From Legionellaceae bacterium (GTDB taxonomy: Bacteria > Pseudomonadota > Gammaproteobacteria > Legionellales > Legionellaceae): 64,000 bases of DNA. Below the pieces are notes generated by a model. The model was not told where the DNA came from, did no database searches, and saw only the letters and a program-made list of their open reading frames with translations. Within the stretch, counting starts at the first letter, position 1. Each line of letters starts with the position of its first letter. Made by a program: the position numbers and the translations under genes. Where the stretch lies: the NCBI GenBank assembly GCA_011087865.1, contig JAALKW010000002.1:13683-77682 (forward strand). The letters run 5' to 3'. Below, in pieces: positions 39,073 to 50,287 of the stretch.

Positions 39073-40036
39073 CTTTATCAGGCCTATCAGTAATCACACC
39101 ATCCACCCCCATGGCCATCAACTGTCGAACCAGTAAAATATCTATTTCCTGCCCTGTGCGATCAGGAAAAGTCCAAGTAGCTACTTTTAATCCAAGCTGA
39201 TGCGCATGCTTAAGTTGTGCCTCAGTTAATTCAATATCCTCTGCATCCCACCATGTTCCGCCTAAAGCGTGAATCATTTCAGGAATCAAATCATGATAAT
39301 TTTTTAATAAAAAACCTGCCGTCCACATCCCTGCAATCTCTGCATCAGCGTTCAATAAAACTTGCTCATGATCAATATCTGTAAGATAAGCCGTTTCTAC
39401 TTCTGGGTTTAATTGCTGTAATAATAACAAACACCTCCAATCATATGCTTGCACTTTTGTGCGATGACTGATGCCTTCTTCTTGAAGCACCTGATTTAAT
39501 GCCAGCACCATCGCCTCAGCTGAAAAACTTAAATCAAGCTGTGTTGGATCGGTTTTAATTTCAATTTGAAAACCAACAGGGTAATCCGCTGATTTTTTTA
39601 CCTCTTGAATCACAGCTTGTAGTGTCGGAATAGCAATATAATCTTCGGATATTTGTGAGGGATACGTCGCAGCATAAACACTCAACGGCCGAATCCGTCC
39701 CACATTATAGGTTTGTAATTGCTTAAGCGTTAAATCTTTAATTTTAATCTCTGCATGCGCATCAACCCACTGACCGTTCGCATCACGCGTGATATCTGGA
39801 TTTAAAGTTAAATCATGATAAGCCACCAATATACCATCTTTTGTCATGGTAATATCTAAGTCAATTGCATCGACACGATGCGCTAAGGCAACCCGAAACC
39901 CTGATAGGGTATTTTCAGGCGCAAGTCCTCGTGCACCACGATGCCCATACACCACCATGCTTTGTGCAGAGAAACAAATAAATAATAAATTTAAAAATAC
40001 AGTCCATCGAAATAACTTCATTAAAAAAATAGACAT
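39050..40036 (-). CDS. Secreted glycerophosphodiester phosphodiesterase
   Basis: Signal peptide. GHRGARGLAPENTL GDPD motif. Confidence 0.85.
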   Translation of the reverse strand: MSIFLMKLFRWTVFLNLLFICFSAQSMVVYGHRGARGLAPENTLSGFRVALAHRVDAIDLDITMTKDGILVAYHDLTLNPDITRDANGQWVDAHAEIKIKDLTLKQLQTYNVGRIRPLSVYAATYPSQISEDYIAIPTLQAVIQEVKKSADYPVGFQIEIKTDPTQLDLSFSAEAMVLALNQVLQEEGISHRTKVQAYDWRCLLLLQQLNPEVETAYLTDIDHEQVLLNADAEIAGMWTAGFLLKNYHDLIPEMIHALGGTWWDAEDIELTEAQLKHAHQLGLKVATWTFPDRTGQEIDILLVRQLMAMGVDGVITDRPDKVMDLLHR

Positions 40037-40064
40037 TTTATACGCCCTAAACGAGGAGACATGC

Positions 40065-41351
40065 TCAGCACCTTGCCATCAAATCATCCTGTTGTTCCTT
40101 TTTTAAGATTTCGGCTTCAATGTTTAGCAAAGCCCTCGACTGATCAGAACAAGAGAAACCAACACCAACATCATCTGTTGAAACAATAGAGGCTTTAAAA
40201 AAATAACTAGAATGTGTATTTAATGCATCATATAATCTATTATCTGGCTTTCTCTTGCGGATTGCATTGATTATTTTTTCATCCGTCAACTCACCTAGTG
40301 CTTGAACTTCATGATGAACAGCTTCAACTTTAGCTTGATAAGCAGTCCTCATTAAAAATTCAGATAAAAGATTCATTGAAGCCACTTTGTTACTTAAGCG
40401 TGTTTGCTCTTTTAACAAAGCCATCACAATCGGGGTTTGAATAACTTGCCAGGTTAAAGCTTCAGCATGCTTTTTAGAAGCCTCATTGGTTAACGTACCA
40501 TCGCCATTTTGAGGTTTTATTTTCGACAACACTTCATCACGCTCTCTTTCCATAGAGAAGACGTATTGAGTTGCATTAAAATTTTCTTCTAATCGTTCAA
40601 TATGTGTTGTTTTCGGAATAACAGAAACGCCTCGTGACATATTCCATGCAAGTGCAATTTGGGCAGGCGTCGCGTCAATACTTCAAGCAACTTCTCGTAA
40701 AATTTCAGAATCAAAAATAAATGATGCAACATCATAACCCAAAGGCGAATATGCAATAACTTGGATATCTTGTGCCTGACAATAACGAATTATTGAATCA
40801 TTAGAGCACCAAAAATTAGACTCGATTTGATTGCTAAATGGTTTTGGCAAGTTGTATTTTTCACAGATAGAAATTAATCTTATCAAATGCCCTTCAAACG
40901 CATTCGATACACCAAAAGTCTTAACCAGCGCTTCTGGCAGATCTGTGATTTTCTCCCAGATTGATTTTACCTGTGCCTCACACCTAAAAACAGGCTCCAC
41001 ATGATGCAACATAAAAGTATCTAAATAACCCACATTTAATATATTGATATAAGATTCGACCACTTCCAAAGTATAATGATCTGACTTCATAGTGACCCAT
41101 AAATCAGAGCGATTAATGCCAAGGCCTCCGCTATCTATCGGTAACATTGCCTGACTAAGCGCTTGGCCAACAGCGGGAAGATTGCCATAATTTTCAGCTA
41201 AATCAATGTGCCTATAACCTATACGCAGTGCGTTATATACTGTTTTTTCAACAAGCGCCATGCGCTTATCAAAATCCTCTATTCGGTCTAATTCGATGCC
41301 TATAAAAGTACCTAAGCCCATCATCGGTATTTTTTTTAAACAACTAGGCAT
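40065..41351 (-). pseudogene. Aldo/keto reductase with a ~150-aa C-terminal extension, interrupted by one in-frame TGA (40683-40685)
   Basis: Start at MPSCLKKIPMMGLGTF (GGGGAG RBS). The junction reads SEILREVA*SIDATPAQIALAWNMSRGVSVIPKTTHIERLEEN, the canonical AKR C-terminal block, in the same frame. Confidence 0.75.
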
Positions 41352-41431
41352 AATACACTCCCCAAAAAATAATACATATTTAAACAATATATGCATATTA
41401 TACGCATCAAGATTAAGGGAATATTAATGCA

Positions 41432-42724
41432 TTAGGGCTCTGGATTTTCAAGACTTAACATGCCTGAATTAAAATCATAAGCAAATAGTTCTGCATAGCG
41501 CCCCCAATCAATCACGGTTCGTAAAATTCTATCGGCTTCTTTTTCACTAAAATAATCTTCAAGCTTTGTTAAAAAACGCTCTTCCGACACCCGATGATTG
41601 GCTTTTTCATCCAATACATAACGGATATGGCGCGCGAGTGGAATCGTTGCAAGTAATTGCTCTGCAAATAAACGCTTCCGTTCTTGCAAATCGGCCTCAT
41701 AAAATTGTTGCCCAAGTGGTGTTAAATGAATATCACCAGCACTAATTTGTGCAAAACCTAACACCTCAAGCGTTTCTAAAATAGGAAATAAATCATCGAC
41801 ATGCATCGTAATTTCATCTGCAAGCTCAGGCAAATCAATCTTGGCTTCAAATGTTTTCATGGTTTCAATGAGGCCTGATAGTTCCGAGGGCTCAACTTGT
41901 GGCAAACGATAGCCTAAGCCAATTTGACGCTCACGCGCTGCATGTTTTTCTTTGCCATCAACACCCGTTGTCATGAGCATATAAATTCTATCCACCAAAG
42001 CGCGACATTCCGGCCTGTCTAAATCGCGTGATGATAAATGGTCAAGCTGCAAATCAGCCCGAATAAAGCCAGGATCACTGCCTAAAATAATAATTCTATC
42101 TGCGAGGGTCACGGCTTCTTCAATATTATGCGTCACCAATAAAATGGCATTCGTATTGGTTTTTTTCTCTCGCCAAAGTGCCAATAAGTCTGATCTTAAA
42201 TTTTCAGCGGTTAATACATCTAACGCTGAAAAAGGTTCATCCATTAAAAGCACATCAGGATTAACAACCAAAGCACGTGCAAATCCAACACGCTGACACA
42301 TGCCTCCAGATAATTCACGCGGATAGGCTGATTCAAAACCATCCAGACCAATAATGTCAATCGCCTCAATTGCTCGTTTTCTCCGAACATCACGGCTAAT
42401 TCCTGCAGCTTCAAGACCAAGCTCTACATTCTCAAGTACTGTCAACCAAGGCATTAAAGCAAAAGATTGAAACACCATGGCAATCCCTGACACAGGACCC
42501 TTTATTTCATCCCCGCGATAAGAGATTTTTCCTTTGGTTGGCGAAATAAGACCCGCCATAATACGCAGTAACGTTGATTTACCCGATCCTGATTTACCTA
42601 ATAGCGCTACAATTTCGCCTTTCTTCAATGAAAAATTAATATCATCTAATACCAGTAAGGCTTGTCCTGCTGATTTTTTATAGGCTTTTCGTACACGGTC
42701 AAGTGAAACAATAATCTCTGACAT
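41432..42724 (-). CDS. ABC transporter ATP-binding protein (NitT/TauT-like) with a C-terminal accessory domain
   Basis: GKSGSGKSTLLR, LSGGMCQRVGFARAL, LLMDEPFSALD. 430 aa. Confidence 0.85.
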   Translation of the reverse strand: MSEIIVSLDRVRKAYKKSAGQALLVLDDINFSLKKGEIVALLGKSGSGKSTLLRIMAGLISPTKGKISYRGDEIKGPVSGIAMVFQSFALMPWLTVLENVELGLEAAGISRDVRRKRAIEAIDIIGLDGFESAYPRELSGGMCQRVGFARALVVNPDVLLMDEPFSALDVLTAENLRSDLLALWREKKTNTNAILLVTHNIEEAVTLADRIIILGSDPGFIRADLQLDHLSSRDLDRPECRALVDRIYMLMTTGVDGKEKHAARERQIGLGYRLPQVEPSELSGLIETMKTFEAKIDLPELADEITMHVDDLFPILETLEVLGFAQISAGDIHLTPLGQQFYEADLQERKRLFAEQLLATIPLARHIRYVLDEKANHRVSEERFLTKLEDYFSEKEADRILRTVIDWGRYAELFAYDFNSGMLSLENPEP

Positions 42725-42725
42725 A

Positions 42726-44474
42726 TTAGCCTCTATCTAATTGAAAACGTGCTTCAGCTAAGCGATATAACGGTCGCCATAATAACTGATTAAACAGCAG
42801 AACATACACACACATCATGGCTGTGCCCAGTGCAATTTGAGGAAAATCTCCCGAAAAAGTATTGGCTTGAATGTATTCACCAAGCCCTGTTGCACGTAAT
42901 GTTGTCCCCCCCCAACTCACCCATTCAGCAACGATGCTTGCATTCCATGCACCACCCGCAGCTGTAATTGCACCCGTGATATAAAACGGAAAGATTGCTG
43001 GCAAAATAAGCCTTCTCCACCATTGAAATCCGCGAACACCAAAATTCGCCGCCACTAAATTTAAATCGCGTGGAATCATCGAAGCGCCAGCAATAACATT
43101 AAATAAAATATACCATTGCGTGCCTAAAATCATAAGCGGTGTAACCCAAATTTGTACATTCAAATGAAACTGTACAATAATAATTACAAATAATGGATAA
43201 AATAAATTAGCCGGAAAAGCCGCCGCCAGTTGAATTAATGGCTGTATCTTTTGAACCCATCTAGGCCTTAAACCAACCCAAACACCCACCGGAATCCATA
43301 CCAGAGAACTTAACACAATTAAAATTATCACACGCAATGCTGTTGCCATGCCTAACAATGCAACATGTTCTACTTCCTGAAGTGTAATCGTCGGAGAAAT
43401 AAATTCAAATACTTCATAAGCTGAAAAAAAGAGCAGGCCCCAGACAAATATATTCCAAATCCAATCGATTGCGATTTGTGATTTAGGTATTTCATCTCGT
43501 GATACTGCTTTTAAAACCTGATGAGACAACCAAGGCAGATGAATCACTTGCTCTTTTATCCAAGCTATTCCAAGACCCACAAGATCAACCAAACGACTTT
43601 TACGCAACCAATTCAAGAACCAAGACTGATAAGGCTCATCATCAGGAGATGCATCCAATTTAAATTTTTCAGACCACGCAATTAAAGGCCTAAACAAAAT
43701 TTGATCATACAAAAAAATAACAATAATCATGGCCAAAATAGCATAGCCAATGGCTTGCAAATTACCTTGTTCAATCGCCAGTGCAATATACGAACCAACA
43801 CCTGGCAAACGAATATCTTGATGTGCCACCACCATCGCTTCTGATAACACCACAAAAAACCAGCTCGCAGACATCGACATCATCATGTTCCATAAAAGAC
43901 CGGAGAGTGAACACGGGACTTCTATTTTCCAAAACCGCTGCCAAGGTGATAACTGAAACATCGAGGCAACTTCACGAAAGTCTGGTGGTACTATTTTGAC
44001 TGATTGATAAAAACTCAAAGTCATATTCCAGACTTGTGAAGTAAAAATTACAAAAATAGAAGCACACTCAGGCCCCAGTAAACTCCCTGGAAATAAATGA
44101 ATAAATCCAGTAACGGTGATCGCTAAAAAACTCAAAACGGGGACCGACTGTAATACATCAATCATCGGAATAATCACGCGCTCTGCACGCCTATTTTTAG
44201 CGGCCAATGCACCAACAATCAAAGTAAATAACAATGAAAATCCAAGTGCAATAAACATTCTCAGTACAGTTCTAAGCGCATAAAAAGGCAATACGGTTGG
44301 GTCAAGCGAAATGGGCAGGGGCTGACCAACCGCATAAGGCCTTGCCATTTGATGCCCTGCTTTACCTAAAAAAAACAAACCAAAAATTACGAGCACCAGC
44401 AATAGCAAGTCCCAGGCATTGAACAGCCGACTGACTGGATCACGATTCATGTTATAAACGCGACGTTTGCCCAC
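42726..44474 (-). CDS. ABC transporter permease (duplicated permease domains)
   Basis: 582 aa, polytopic (the start may be M9 at 44450). Directly upstream of the ATPase gene. Confidence 0.8.
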   Translation of the reverse strand: MGKRRVYNMNRDPVSRLFNAWDLLLLVLVIFGLFFLGKAGHQMARPYAVGQPLPISLDPTVLPFYALRTVLRMFIALGFSLLFTLIVGALAAKNRRAERVIIPMIDVLQSVPVLSFLAITVTGFIHLFPGSLLGPECASIFVIFTSQVWNMTLSFYQSVKIVPPDFREVASMFQLSPWQRFWKIEVPCSLSGLLWNMMMSMSASWFFVVLSEAMVVAHQDIRLPGVGSYIALAIEQGNLQAIGYAILAMIIVIFLYDQILFRPLIAWSEKFKLDASPDDEPYQSWFLNWLRKSRLVDLVGLGIAWIKEQVIHLPWLSHQVLKAVSRDEIPKSQIAIDWIWNIFVWGLLFFSAYEVFEFISPTITLQEVEHVALLGMATALRVIILIVLSSLVWIPVGVWVGLRPRWVQKIQPLIQLAAAFPANLFYPLFVIIIVQFHLNVQIWVTPLMILGTQWYILFNVIAGASMIPRDLNLVAANFGVRGFQWWRRLILPAIFPFYITGAITAAGGAWNASIVAEWVSWGGTTLRATGLGEYIQANTFSGDFPQIALGTAMMCVYVLLFNQLLWRPLYRLAEARFQLDRG

Positions 44475-44573
44475 CTAACCACCCCTTTTGCCTAAAAAAT
44501 AAAATAACAGCTTGAATTTTACCGCGCTTTTAATCTCTGATAAAGCACGAATTCAATCGCTAAATATCTCAAC

Positions 44574-44601
44574 TTGCTCATACAACCTATCTCAGTATAA
44601 T
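44574..44601 (+). promoter_or_regulatory. Putative sigma70 promoter of the gcv operon
   Basis: TTGCTC (44574-44579), 16-nt spacer, TATAAT (44596-44601), 50 nt upstream of the gcvT ATG. Confidence 0.4.
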
Positions 44602-44650
44602 CAAAAGTCTTATTTAAAAACTAAAATAATAAATAATAAATAGGACACAT

Positions 44651-45721
44651 ATGCTTAAACAAACACCGCTTCATGCCGCACACATTGCCTCAGGCGCAAA
44701 AATGGTCGATTTTCATGGCTGGGATATGCCACTTCATTATGGCTCTCAATTAAAAGAACATGAAGCCGTTCGAGCCAATGCTGGCATGTTTGATGTATCT
44801 CACATGACCATAGTTGATATTTTAGGTGCGGGTGGCCGTCAGTTTTTACGAAAAATATTAACCAATGACATAGACCGTTTAAAACATGTTGGGTGTGCAC
44901 TGTACACCTGTCTTTGTGACGAACATGGTAAAATATTAGATGACTTAATTGTTTATCAGCGAACACCCGATAATTATCGCCTAATTTTAAACTCTGCCAC
45001 GCGAGAACATGTACTGGCTTGGCTCCATGATAAAAGTACAGGGTTCTCAGTTGGCCTTCAAGAGCGGACCGAGCTTGCCATGCTTGCAGTGCAAGGCCCT
45101 CATGCTATCCAAAAAACATTAGAAGTTCTCAGCCCTGCTGAAGCCGATGCCGTTTCAACGCTTGCGTCATTTGAATGTGTCGATGTAGGCGATTATTTTT
45201 TTGCACGCACAGGCTATACCGGTGAAGATGGGTTCGAAATCATTTTGCCCCAAGATAAAATCGCACCCCTTTGGGCTGATTTACAGAAAGAAGGCGTAAC
45301 ACCCGCAGGTCTTGCCGCTCGTGATACCCTCCGACTCGAAGCTGGCTTTTTACTCTATGGCCAAGACATGGATCAAACAACAACACCACTTAATTCAGGT
45401 CTTGCCTGGACAGTTAAATGGGAACCTTACGAACGTGATTTTATTGGGATGAACGCCTTGCTTGCACAAAAAAAACGAGGTGTTAAACGTAAACTCGTAG
45501 GTTTAACACTACAAGAGCCCGGTATCATGCGACCAGGACAAGCTATTTTAATGGATAATCAAGAAGTTGGTACTATCACCAGCGGCACTTATTCCCCAAC
45601 ACTTAAATACTCCATTGCCATCGCACGTGTCCTAGTAGACGTTGAGCATCAAGCCTTTGTTGATATTCGTGGCAAGCGCCTACCTGTCACTGTCGGAAAA
45701 ACACGCTTTTTAAAGTCTTAA
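44651..45721 (+). CDS. gcvT: Glycine cleavage system aminomethyltransferase T
   Basis: 356 aa. TPLHAAHIASGAKMVDFHGWDMPLHYGS..FDVSHM. Confidence 0.93.
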   Translation: MLKQTPLHAAHIASGAKMVDFHGWDMPLHYGSQLKEHEAVRANAGMFDVSHMTIVDILGAGGRQFLRKILTNDIDRLKHVGCALYTCLCDEHGKILDDLIVYQRTPDNYRLILNSATREHVLAWLHDKSTGFSVGLQERTELAMLAVQGPHAIQKTLEVLSPAEADAVSTLASFECVDVGDYFFARTGYTGEDGFEIILPQDKIAPLWADLQKEGVTPAGLAARDTLRLEAGFLLYGQDMDQTTTPLNSGLAWTVKWEPYERDFIGMNALLAQKKRGVKRKLVGLTLQEPGIMRPGQAILMDNQEVGTITSGTYSPTLKYSIAIARVLVDVEHQAFVDIRGKRLPVTVGKTRFLKS

Positions 45722-45765
45722 TATTTTAAAAAATTAAAAATTGAAAAATAAAAAAGGACCGCATC

Positions 45766-46134
45766 ATGAAATTTACAGAAACGCACGAATGGATTAATAC
45801 TGAAGCAACGCCTGTCACCATAGGCATTACTGAGCATGCCCAAACTTTACTGGGCGACTTGGTTTTTATTGAGTTACCCGAAGAAGGCCAAACCGTTAAA
45901 GCCGGTGACGAGCTTGGTGTCGTTGAATCAGTCAAAGCCGCGTCAGATTTTTATGCGCCCATTAGTGGCACTATTGTTGCGGTCAATCATCAGGTTAAAG
46001 AAGACCCAGCACTGGTTAATCGTGATGCTGAAGGGGAAGGTTGGCTTTTGAAAATTGATGCCGAGAACCCGAGCGAGTTAGCTACGCTACTGGATGAACT
46101 GCAATATAAAAATATTATTCACGAGGAGCATTAA
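45766..46134 (+). CDS. gcvH: Glycine cleavage system H protein
   Basis: 122 aa. Lipoyl-lysine motif VESVKAASD. Confidence 0.93.
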   Translation: MKFTETHEWINTEATPVTIGITEHAQTLLGDLVFIELPEEGQTVKAGDELGVVESVKAASDFYAPISGTIVAVNHQVKEDPALVNRDAEGEGWLLKIDAENPSELATLLDELQYKNIIHEEH

Positions 46135-46137
46135 TAC

Positions 46138-47517
46138 ATGCCTTATATTCCTCATACGTCAGAAGAAATAAAAAGCATGCTTCAATGCATTGGCGCCCCA
46201 AATATTGAGGCGCTCTTTGATGAAATTGCACCTGCGCTAAGGCAAGAAGCTTTTAAACATTTACCCGATGGTCTCAATGAAATGGCATTGATGCGACACG
46301 CCAAAGCGTTAGCAGATCAAAACACATCGAATACTTGCTTTATCGGTGCTGGCTCCTACCAACATCATATTCCAGCTGCTGTATGGGACATTGCCTCACG
46401 CGGTGAATTTTTAACCGCATATACCCCTTATCAAGCCGAAGCAAGTCAAGGGACCTTGCAATTACTCTATGAATTTCAAACCATGATTGCCGAGCTGACG
46501 GGTATGGAAGTGGCCAATGCCTCACTTTACGACGGCGCAACAGCCCTTGCAGAAGCGATTTTAATGGCCGTACGTTTAAACAAAAAAAAACACCCTCATC
46601 ATATCCTTGTGCCTGAAACACTTCATCCATTATATCGTGAAACCCTTGACACCATTTTGCAGCACCAAGATATCACGCTCATGACACTGCCTATGGACAA
46701 AACACAGGGCATCACCACACCACAGTCACTAGATGCCTACGAAGATACGCCTATTACGGCCCTGATTATTCCACAACCTAATTTTTTTGGACAACTTGAA
46801 CCCGTTGATGCTTTAAGTGACTGGGCACACGCACACCAAGTCACCTCGATTGGCTGTGTTAATCCTATTTCACTCGGTATGTTAAAACCCCCTGGATGCT
46901 GGGGGGAACATGGTGTTGATATTGCTTGTGGTGAAGGACAACCGCTTGGTGCTCCAATGGCCGGAGGCGGTCCCTATGTTGGTTTTCTTAGCACACGAAA
47001 ACAATATGTGCGCCAAATGCCCGGACGACTCGTTGGACGCACCACAGATACAGATGGAAAAACGGGGTATACCTTAACGCTTCAGGCACGCGAACAGCAT
47101 ATTCGACGTGACAAAGCGACGTCAAACATTTGCACAAACCAAGGCTTGCTTGTCACAACCGCGACCATTCATATGAGCCTTTTAGGGCCGGAGGGCTTCA
47201 TGCGTGTTGCCCAGCAATGTCATCAAAATACACGTTTATTAGTCAAGAAGCTTTTAAATATTTCCGGCGTATCGCGTGTCTTTCATGCACCTTTCTTTCA
47301 TGAAGCATTGATTCAATTACCAAAAAATATAAAAAATATTGCCTCTATTCTTAATCAATTAGAAGCAGCAGGTATTCATGCGGGCTATCCCCCTGAATTA
47401 CATAATCCTGCTCTGAAAAATACATTGTTGGTCTGCGCAACAGAGTGCCGCACCGAAACGGAAATAGAGCACTTTGCCAATACATTAGAAAGCATTCTTA
47501 TGGAGAAAACGTCGTGA
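46138..47517 (+). CDS. gcvPA: Glycine dehydrogenase (decarboxylating) subunit 1
   Basis: 459 aa. [29 protein letters not shown]. Confidence 0.92.
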   Translation: MPYIPHTSEEIKSMLQCIGAPNIEALFDEIAPALRQEAFKHLPDGLNEMALMRHAKALADQNTSNTCFIGAGSYQHHIPAAVWDIASRGEFLTAYTPYQAEASQGTLQLLYEFQTMIAELTGMEVANASLYDGATALAEAILMAVRLNKKKHPHHILVPETLHPLYRETLDTILQHQDITLMTLPMDKTQGITTPQSLDAYEDTPITALIIPQPNFFGQLEPVDALSDWAHAHQVTSIGCVNPISLGMLKPPGCWGEHGVDIACGEGQPLGAPMAGGGPYVGFLSTRKQYVRQMPGRLVGRTTDTDGKTGYTLTLQAREQHIRRDKATSNICTNQGLLVTTATIHMSLLGPEGFMRVAQQCHQNTRLLVKKLLNISGVSRVFHAPFFHEALIQLPKNIKNIASILNQLEAAGIHAGYPPELHNPALKNTLLVCATECRTETEIEHFANTLESILMEKTS

Positions 47518-48977
47518 GCACTATTATTTTTGAACAATCAACACCTGACCGATGTGCTCACGCTCAAATGCCAAGCCTGTCAAACGCAAACAGCGACATT
47601 CCGGATAACCTACTCCGAAAAACACCGCCTCGATTACCAGAGTGCTCAGAGCTTCAAATCGTACGACATTTTACCCAGTTATCACAAAAAAATTTCGGCA
47701 TCGACACCCATTTTTACCCACTTGGTTCTTGCACCATGAAGTATAATCCTCGGGGGGTACACCATGCTGCATCATTGCCCGATTTTATTGAAACACACCC
47801 GCTCGCACCCGCTGATACAAACCAAGGTACGCTTAATATTTTATATCACCTCCAAACCTATCTTGCAGAAATAACTGGTATGCATGCTGTCTCACTCACC
47901 CCGATGGCTGGTGCACAAGGTGAATTTGCAGGGGTTGCTATGATAAAAGCTTATCACGAAGCCAATGGTGATTTTGAGCGAACAGAAATGTTAATTCCTG
48001 ATGCAGCCCATGGCACAAATCCAGCCTCAGCTGTCACATGTGGTTTTAAAATGATTGAAATTCCAACCGCAAAAGATGGGGATATTAATCTTCAAGTACT
48101 CCGCGAACGTGTAGGCCCAAAAACAGCTGGCATTATGCTGACTAACCCGTCAACGCTTGGCTTATTTATGAAACAAATTAAAGAAATAGCTGCACTTGTA
48201 CACGAAGCAGGAGGCTTATTGTATTATGACGGCGCAAATCTAAACGCCATTTTAGGAAAAGTCCGACCGGGTGATATGGGCTTTGACGTCATGCATTTAA
48301 ACTTACATAAAACCTTTGCAACACCACATGGAGGTGGAGGACCAGGGTCCGGGCCTGTTGCCGTAAATCAACGCCTTTTACCTTTTTTACCTTTGCCCTT
48401 TGTATGCAAAGACAATCAAACATATCGCCTTGCAACACGCAAAGATTGCCCTCAAAGTATTGGTCGACTGTCAACATTTATGGGTAATACCGGTATTTTA
48501 TTACGTGCTTATTTTTATATTTGTGTTTTAGGCCAAAAAGGACTGACACGTATTGCTGAATTTGCAACACTGAACGCCAATTACCTTTTAGCCGAGCTCA
48601 CGCGTATTGGATACACTGCAGCTTATCCTGAACGGCGTGCAAGCCATGAATTTATTATTACACTTGCCCCAGAAAAAAAAGAGTTCCAAATTCAAGCTTT
48701 AGATCTTGCCAAACGATTACTGGATTATGGTTTTCATGCACCAACCATTTATTTTCCTTTGTTAATTCCAGAATGCCTACTAATAGAACCGACTGAAACC
48801 GAATGCAAACAAACGTTAGATGCTTTTATTGCTGCCATGGCATCTATTCTAAAAGAGATAAAAGACACGCCTGAGCTCCTGAAAACGGCGCCTCATACAC
48901 GCCCTATCAAGCGCTTAAATGAAGTGCAAGCAGCAAAATTAATGGATTTTAATTATTTTGATGCGGGTTCAGCATAG
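47514..48977 (+). CDS. gcvPB: Glycine dehydrogenase (decarboxylating) subunit 2
   Basis: The GTG start at 47514 overlaps the gcvPA TGA (GTGA). [18 protein letters not shown] (PLP lysine). The track N-terminal extension was rejected. Confidence 0.9.
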   Translation: MSTIIFEQSTPDRCAHAQMPSLSNANSDIPDNLLRKTPPRLPECSELQIVRHFTQLSQKNFGIDTHFYPLGSCTMKYNPRGVHHAASLPDFIETHPLAPADTNQGTLNILYHLQTYLAEITGMHAVSLTPMAGAQGEFAGVAMIKAYHEANGDFERTEMLIPDAAHGTNPASAVTCGFKMIEIPTAKDGDINLQVLRERVGPKTAGIMLTNPSTLGLFMKQIKEIAALVHEAGGLLYYDGANLNAILGKVRPGDMGFDVMHLNLHKTFATPHGGGGPGSGPVAVNQRLLPFLPLPFVCKDNQTYRLATRKDCPQSIGRLSTFMGNTGILLRAYFYICVLGQKGLTRIAEFATLNANYLLAELTRIGYTAAYPERRASHEFIITLAPEKKEFQIQALDLAKRLLDYGFHAPTIYFPLLIPECLLIEPTETECKQTLDAFIAAMASILKEIKDTPELLKTAPHTRPIKRLNEVQAAKLMDFNYFDAGSA

Positions 48978-49081
48978 CCATCACTTAAAAAATAAGTTAT
49001 AACAAAGAGGTTTCGTTGTTATAGATTAACGTCATGGATTGACGCTTTCAAATTATCTGAGCAAAGCAAGGAGCATATCAG

Positions 49082-49345
49082 ATGAACAGTAAAGTGTTTG
49101 CGCAACGCTTTAATCGGGAGTTGTCGATGTTGGGCCTCCCAGATGACTTGAACGAAAAAACAAAAGCAGTCTCAAAAGTATTTGGGGTGACACGTCACCT
49201 TGCAAATGCAATGATTTTTGGACAAAATTTACCTTCTGACAGTCAGTTGGATAACATTGCCAAAATTCTCGAAGTCTGCCCTGAGTGGCTAGGAGGCAGC
49301 ACGAATCGCAGGAAAGCCTATCCTGAACGTGAGACAATGTCTTAG
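49082..49345 (+). CDS. Small XRE/Cro-like HTH protein
   Basis: 87 aa. The SKVFGVTRHLANAMIFGQNLP region resembles an HTH. Confidence 0.45.
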   Translation: MNSKVFAQRFNRELSMLGLPDDLNEKTKAVSKVFGVTRHLANAMIFGQNLPSDSQLDNIAKILEVCPEWLGGSTNRRKAYPERETMS

Positions 49346-49356
49346 CATCTTGTCGC

Positions 49357-50223
49357 ATGCTTTTAACCACTCATCAGCTGTCTCAATCAAACTTGAAGGC
49401 GCTAAAAGCACTGCTTAGCGCCTGTCAAATGAACGATAACGCTGTTATTCCCGTTTATCCCCATCTGCTGAAATGCTATCGCCAAGGCTTATCCAGTCTT
49501 TTGTTTTATCAAAAAAGCAAACTGATTGGCTTTCTCGCATGTTTCCATTTTTATCCTGATGCGGCTGAAATTGCTTTATTAATTCATCCTGAATACCGAC
49601 AACAAGGCATCGCTAAAACACTCTGGGAAACCATGCTCCCTCAGCTACCTATGCTATATCCGGATCTGCGCTATCTGATTATTTCAACACCCCAAGGATT
49701 AAATCAAACATGGTTCAAACAACATCACTTTCACTTTGAAAACACTGAATATAATATGACTTGCACACCTTATATCCCTGAGACACCGCAACAACAAGCC
49801 TATACAATAAAAACTGCCGATAGTCATGATATCAATCAATTATATTTACTAGATCATACCTGTTTCAACACAGATCGCCCTGATCCGATTCAACGCATTA
49901 CAAAATTACTTGAAACACCTAATATTAAAATCCTATTGCTCTGTCATCAGCAACGCGTCATAGGACAAGTCCATTTGGTTTTAAAAAAACATCAAGTTTG
50001 GATTACTGACTTTGCAATACGACCTGATATGCAACAACAAGGCTTTGGTGAAGCACTGCTTTCATATTGCTTAAAGTACATTCACAAACATCACCCCAAA
50101 AAAATACATCTAACGGTTTCAAATCAAAATCAATCCGCACTTCACCTCTATCAAAACATGGGCTTTCAGATCTATAATGCAGTAGATTATTATAAGCGGG
50201 GCTTTTCACTTGACAGCTTTTAA
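49357..50223 (+). CDS. Tandem-GNAT N-acetyltransferase
   Basis: 288 aa with two acetyl-CoA motif A copies (RQQGIAKTLW and QQQGFGEALL). Confidence 0.7.
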   Translation: MLLTTHQLSQSNLKALKALLSACQMNDNAVIPVYPHLLKCYRQGLSSLLFYQKSKLIGFLACFHFYPDAAEIALLIHPEYRQQGIAKTLWETMLPQLPMLYPDLRYLIISTPQGLNQTWFKQHHFHFENTEYNMTCTPYIPETPQQQAYTIKTADSHDINQLYLLDHTCFNTDRPDPIQRITKLLETPNIKILLLCHQQRVIGQVHLVLKKHQVWITDFAIRPDMQQQGFGEALLSYCLKYIHKHHPKKIHLTVSNQNQSALHLYQNMGFQIYNAVDYYKRGFSLDSF

Positions 50224-50287
50224 ACAAGCCCTTTAATATTGCGTATTAGCGCAATAAATACTAGCTACGAAGACTTGAGGACAAGGC

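Noticed and set aside
40683-40685. Selenocysteine decoding of the AKR TGA
   Set aside because: No stem-loop resembling a bacterial SECIS lies immediately 3' of the TGA. The aligned position in AKRs is a variable surface residue, not a redox Cys.
44475-44650. Glycine riboswitch upstream of gcvT
   Set aside because: The leader is AT-rich and lacks the conserved GGAGAG / CACCG-type cores of the glycine aptamer. Only a plausible sigma70 promoter was seen.
46138-48977. Glycine dehydrogenase split into two ORFs as a sixth broken gene
   Set aside because: Two-subunit GcvPA/GcvPB is a normal arrangement in many bacteria. The ORFs are in different frames with a GTGA start/stop overlap, and each has a complete domain.
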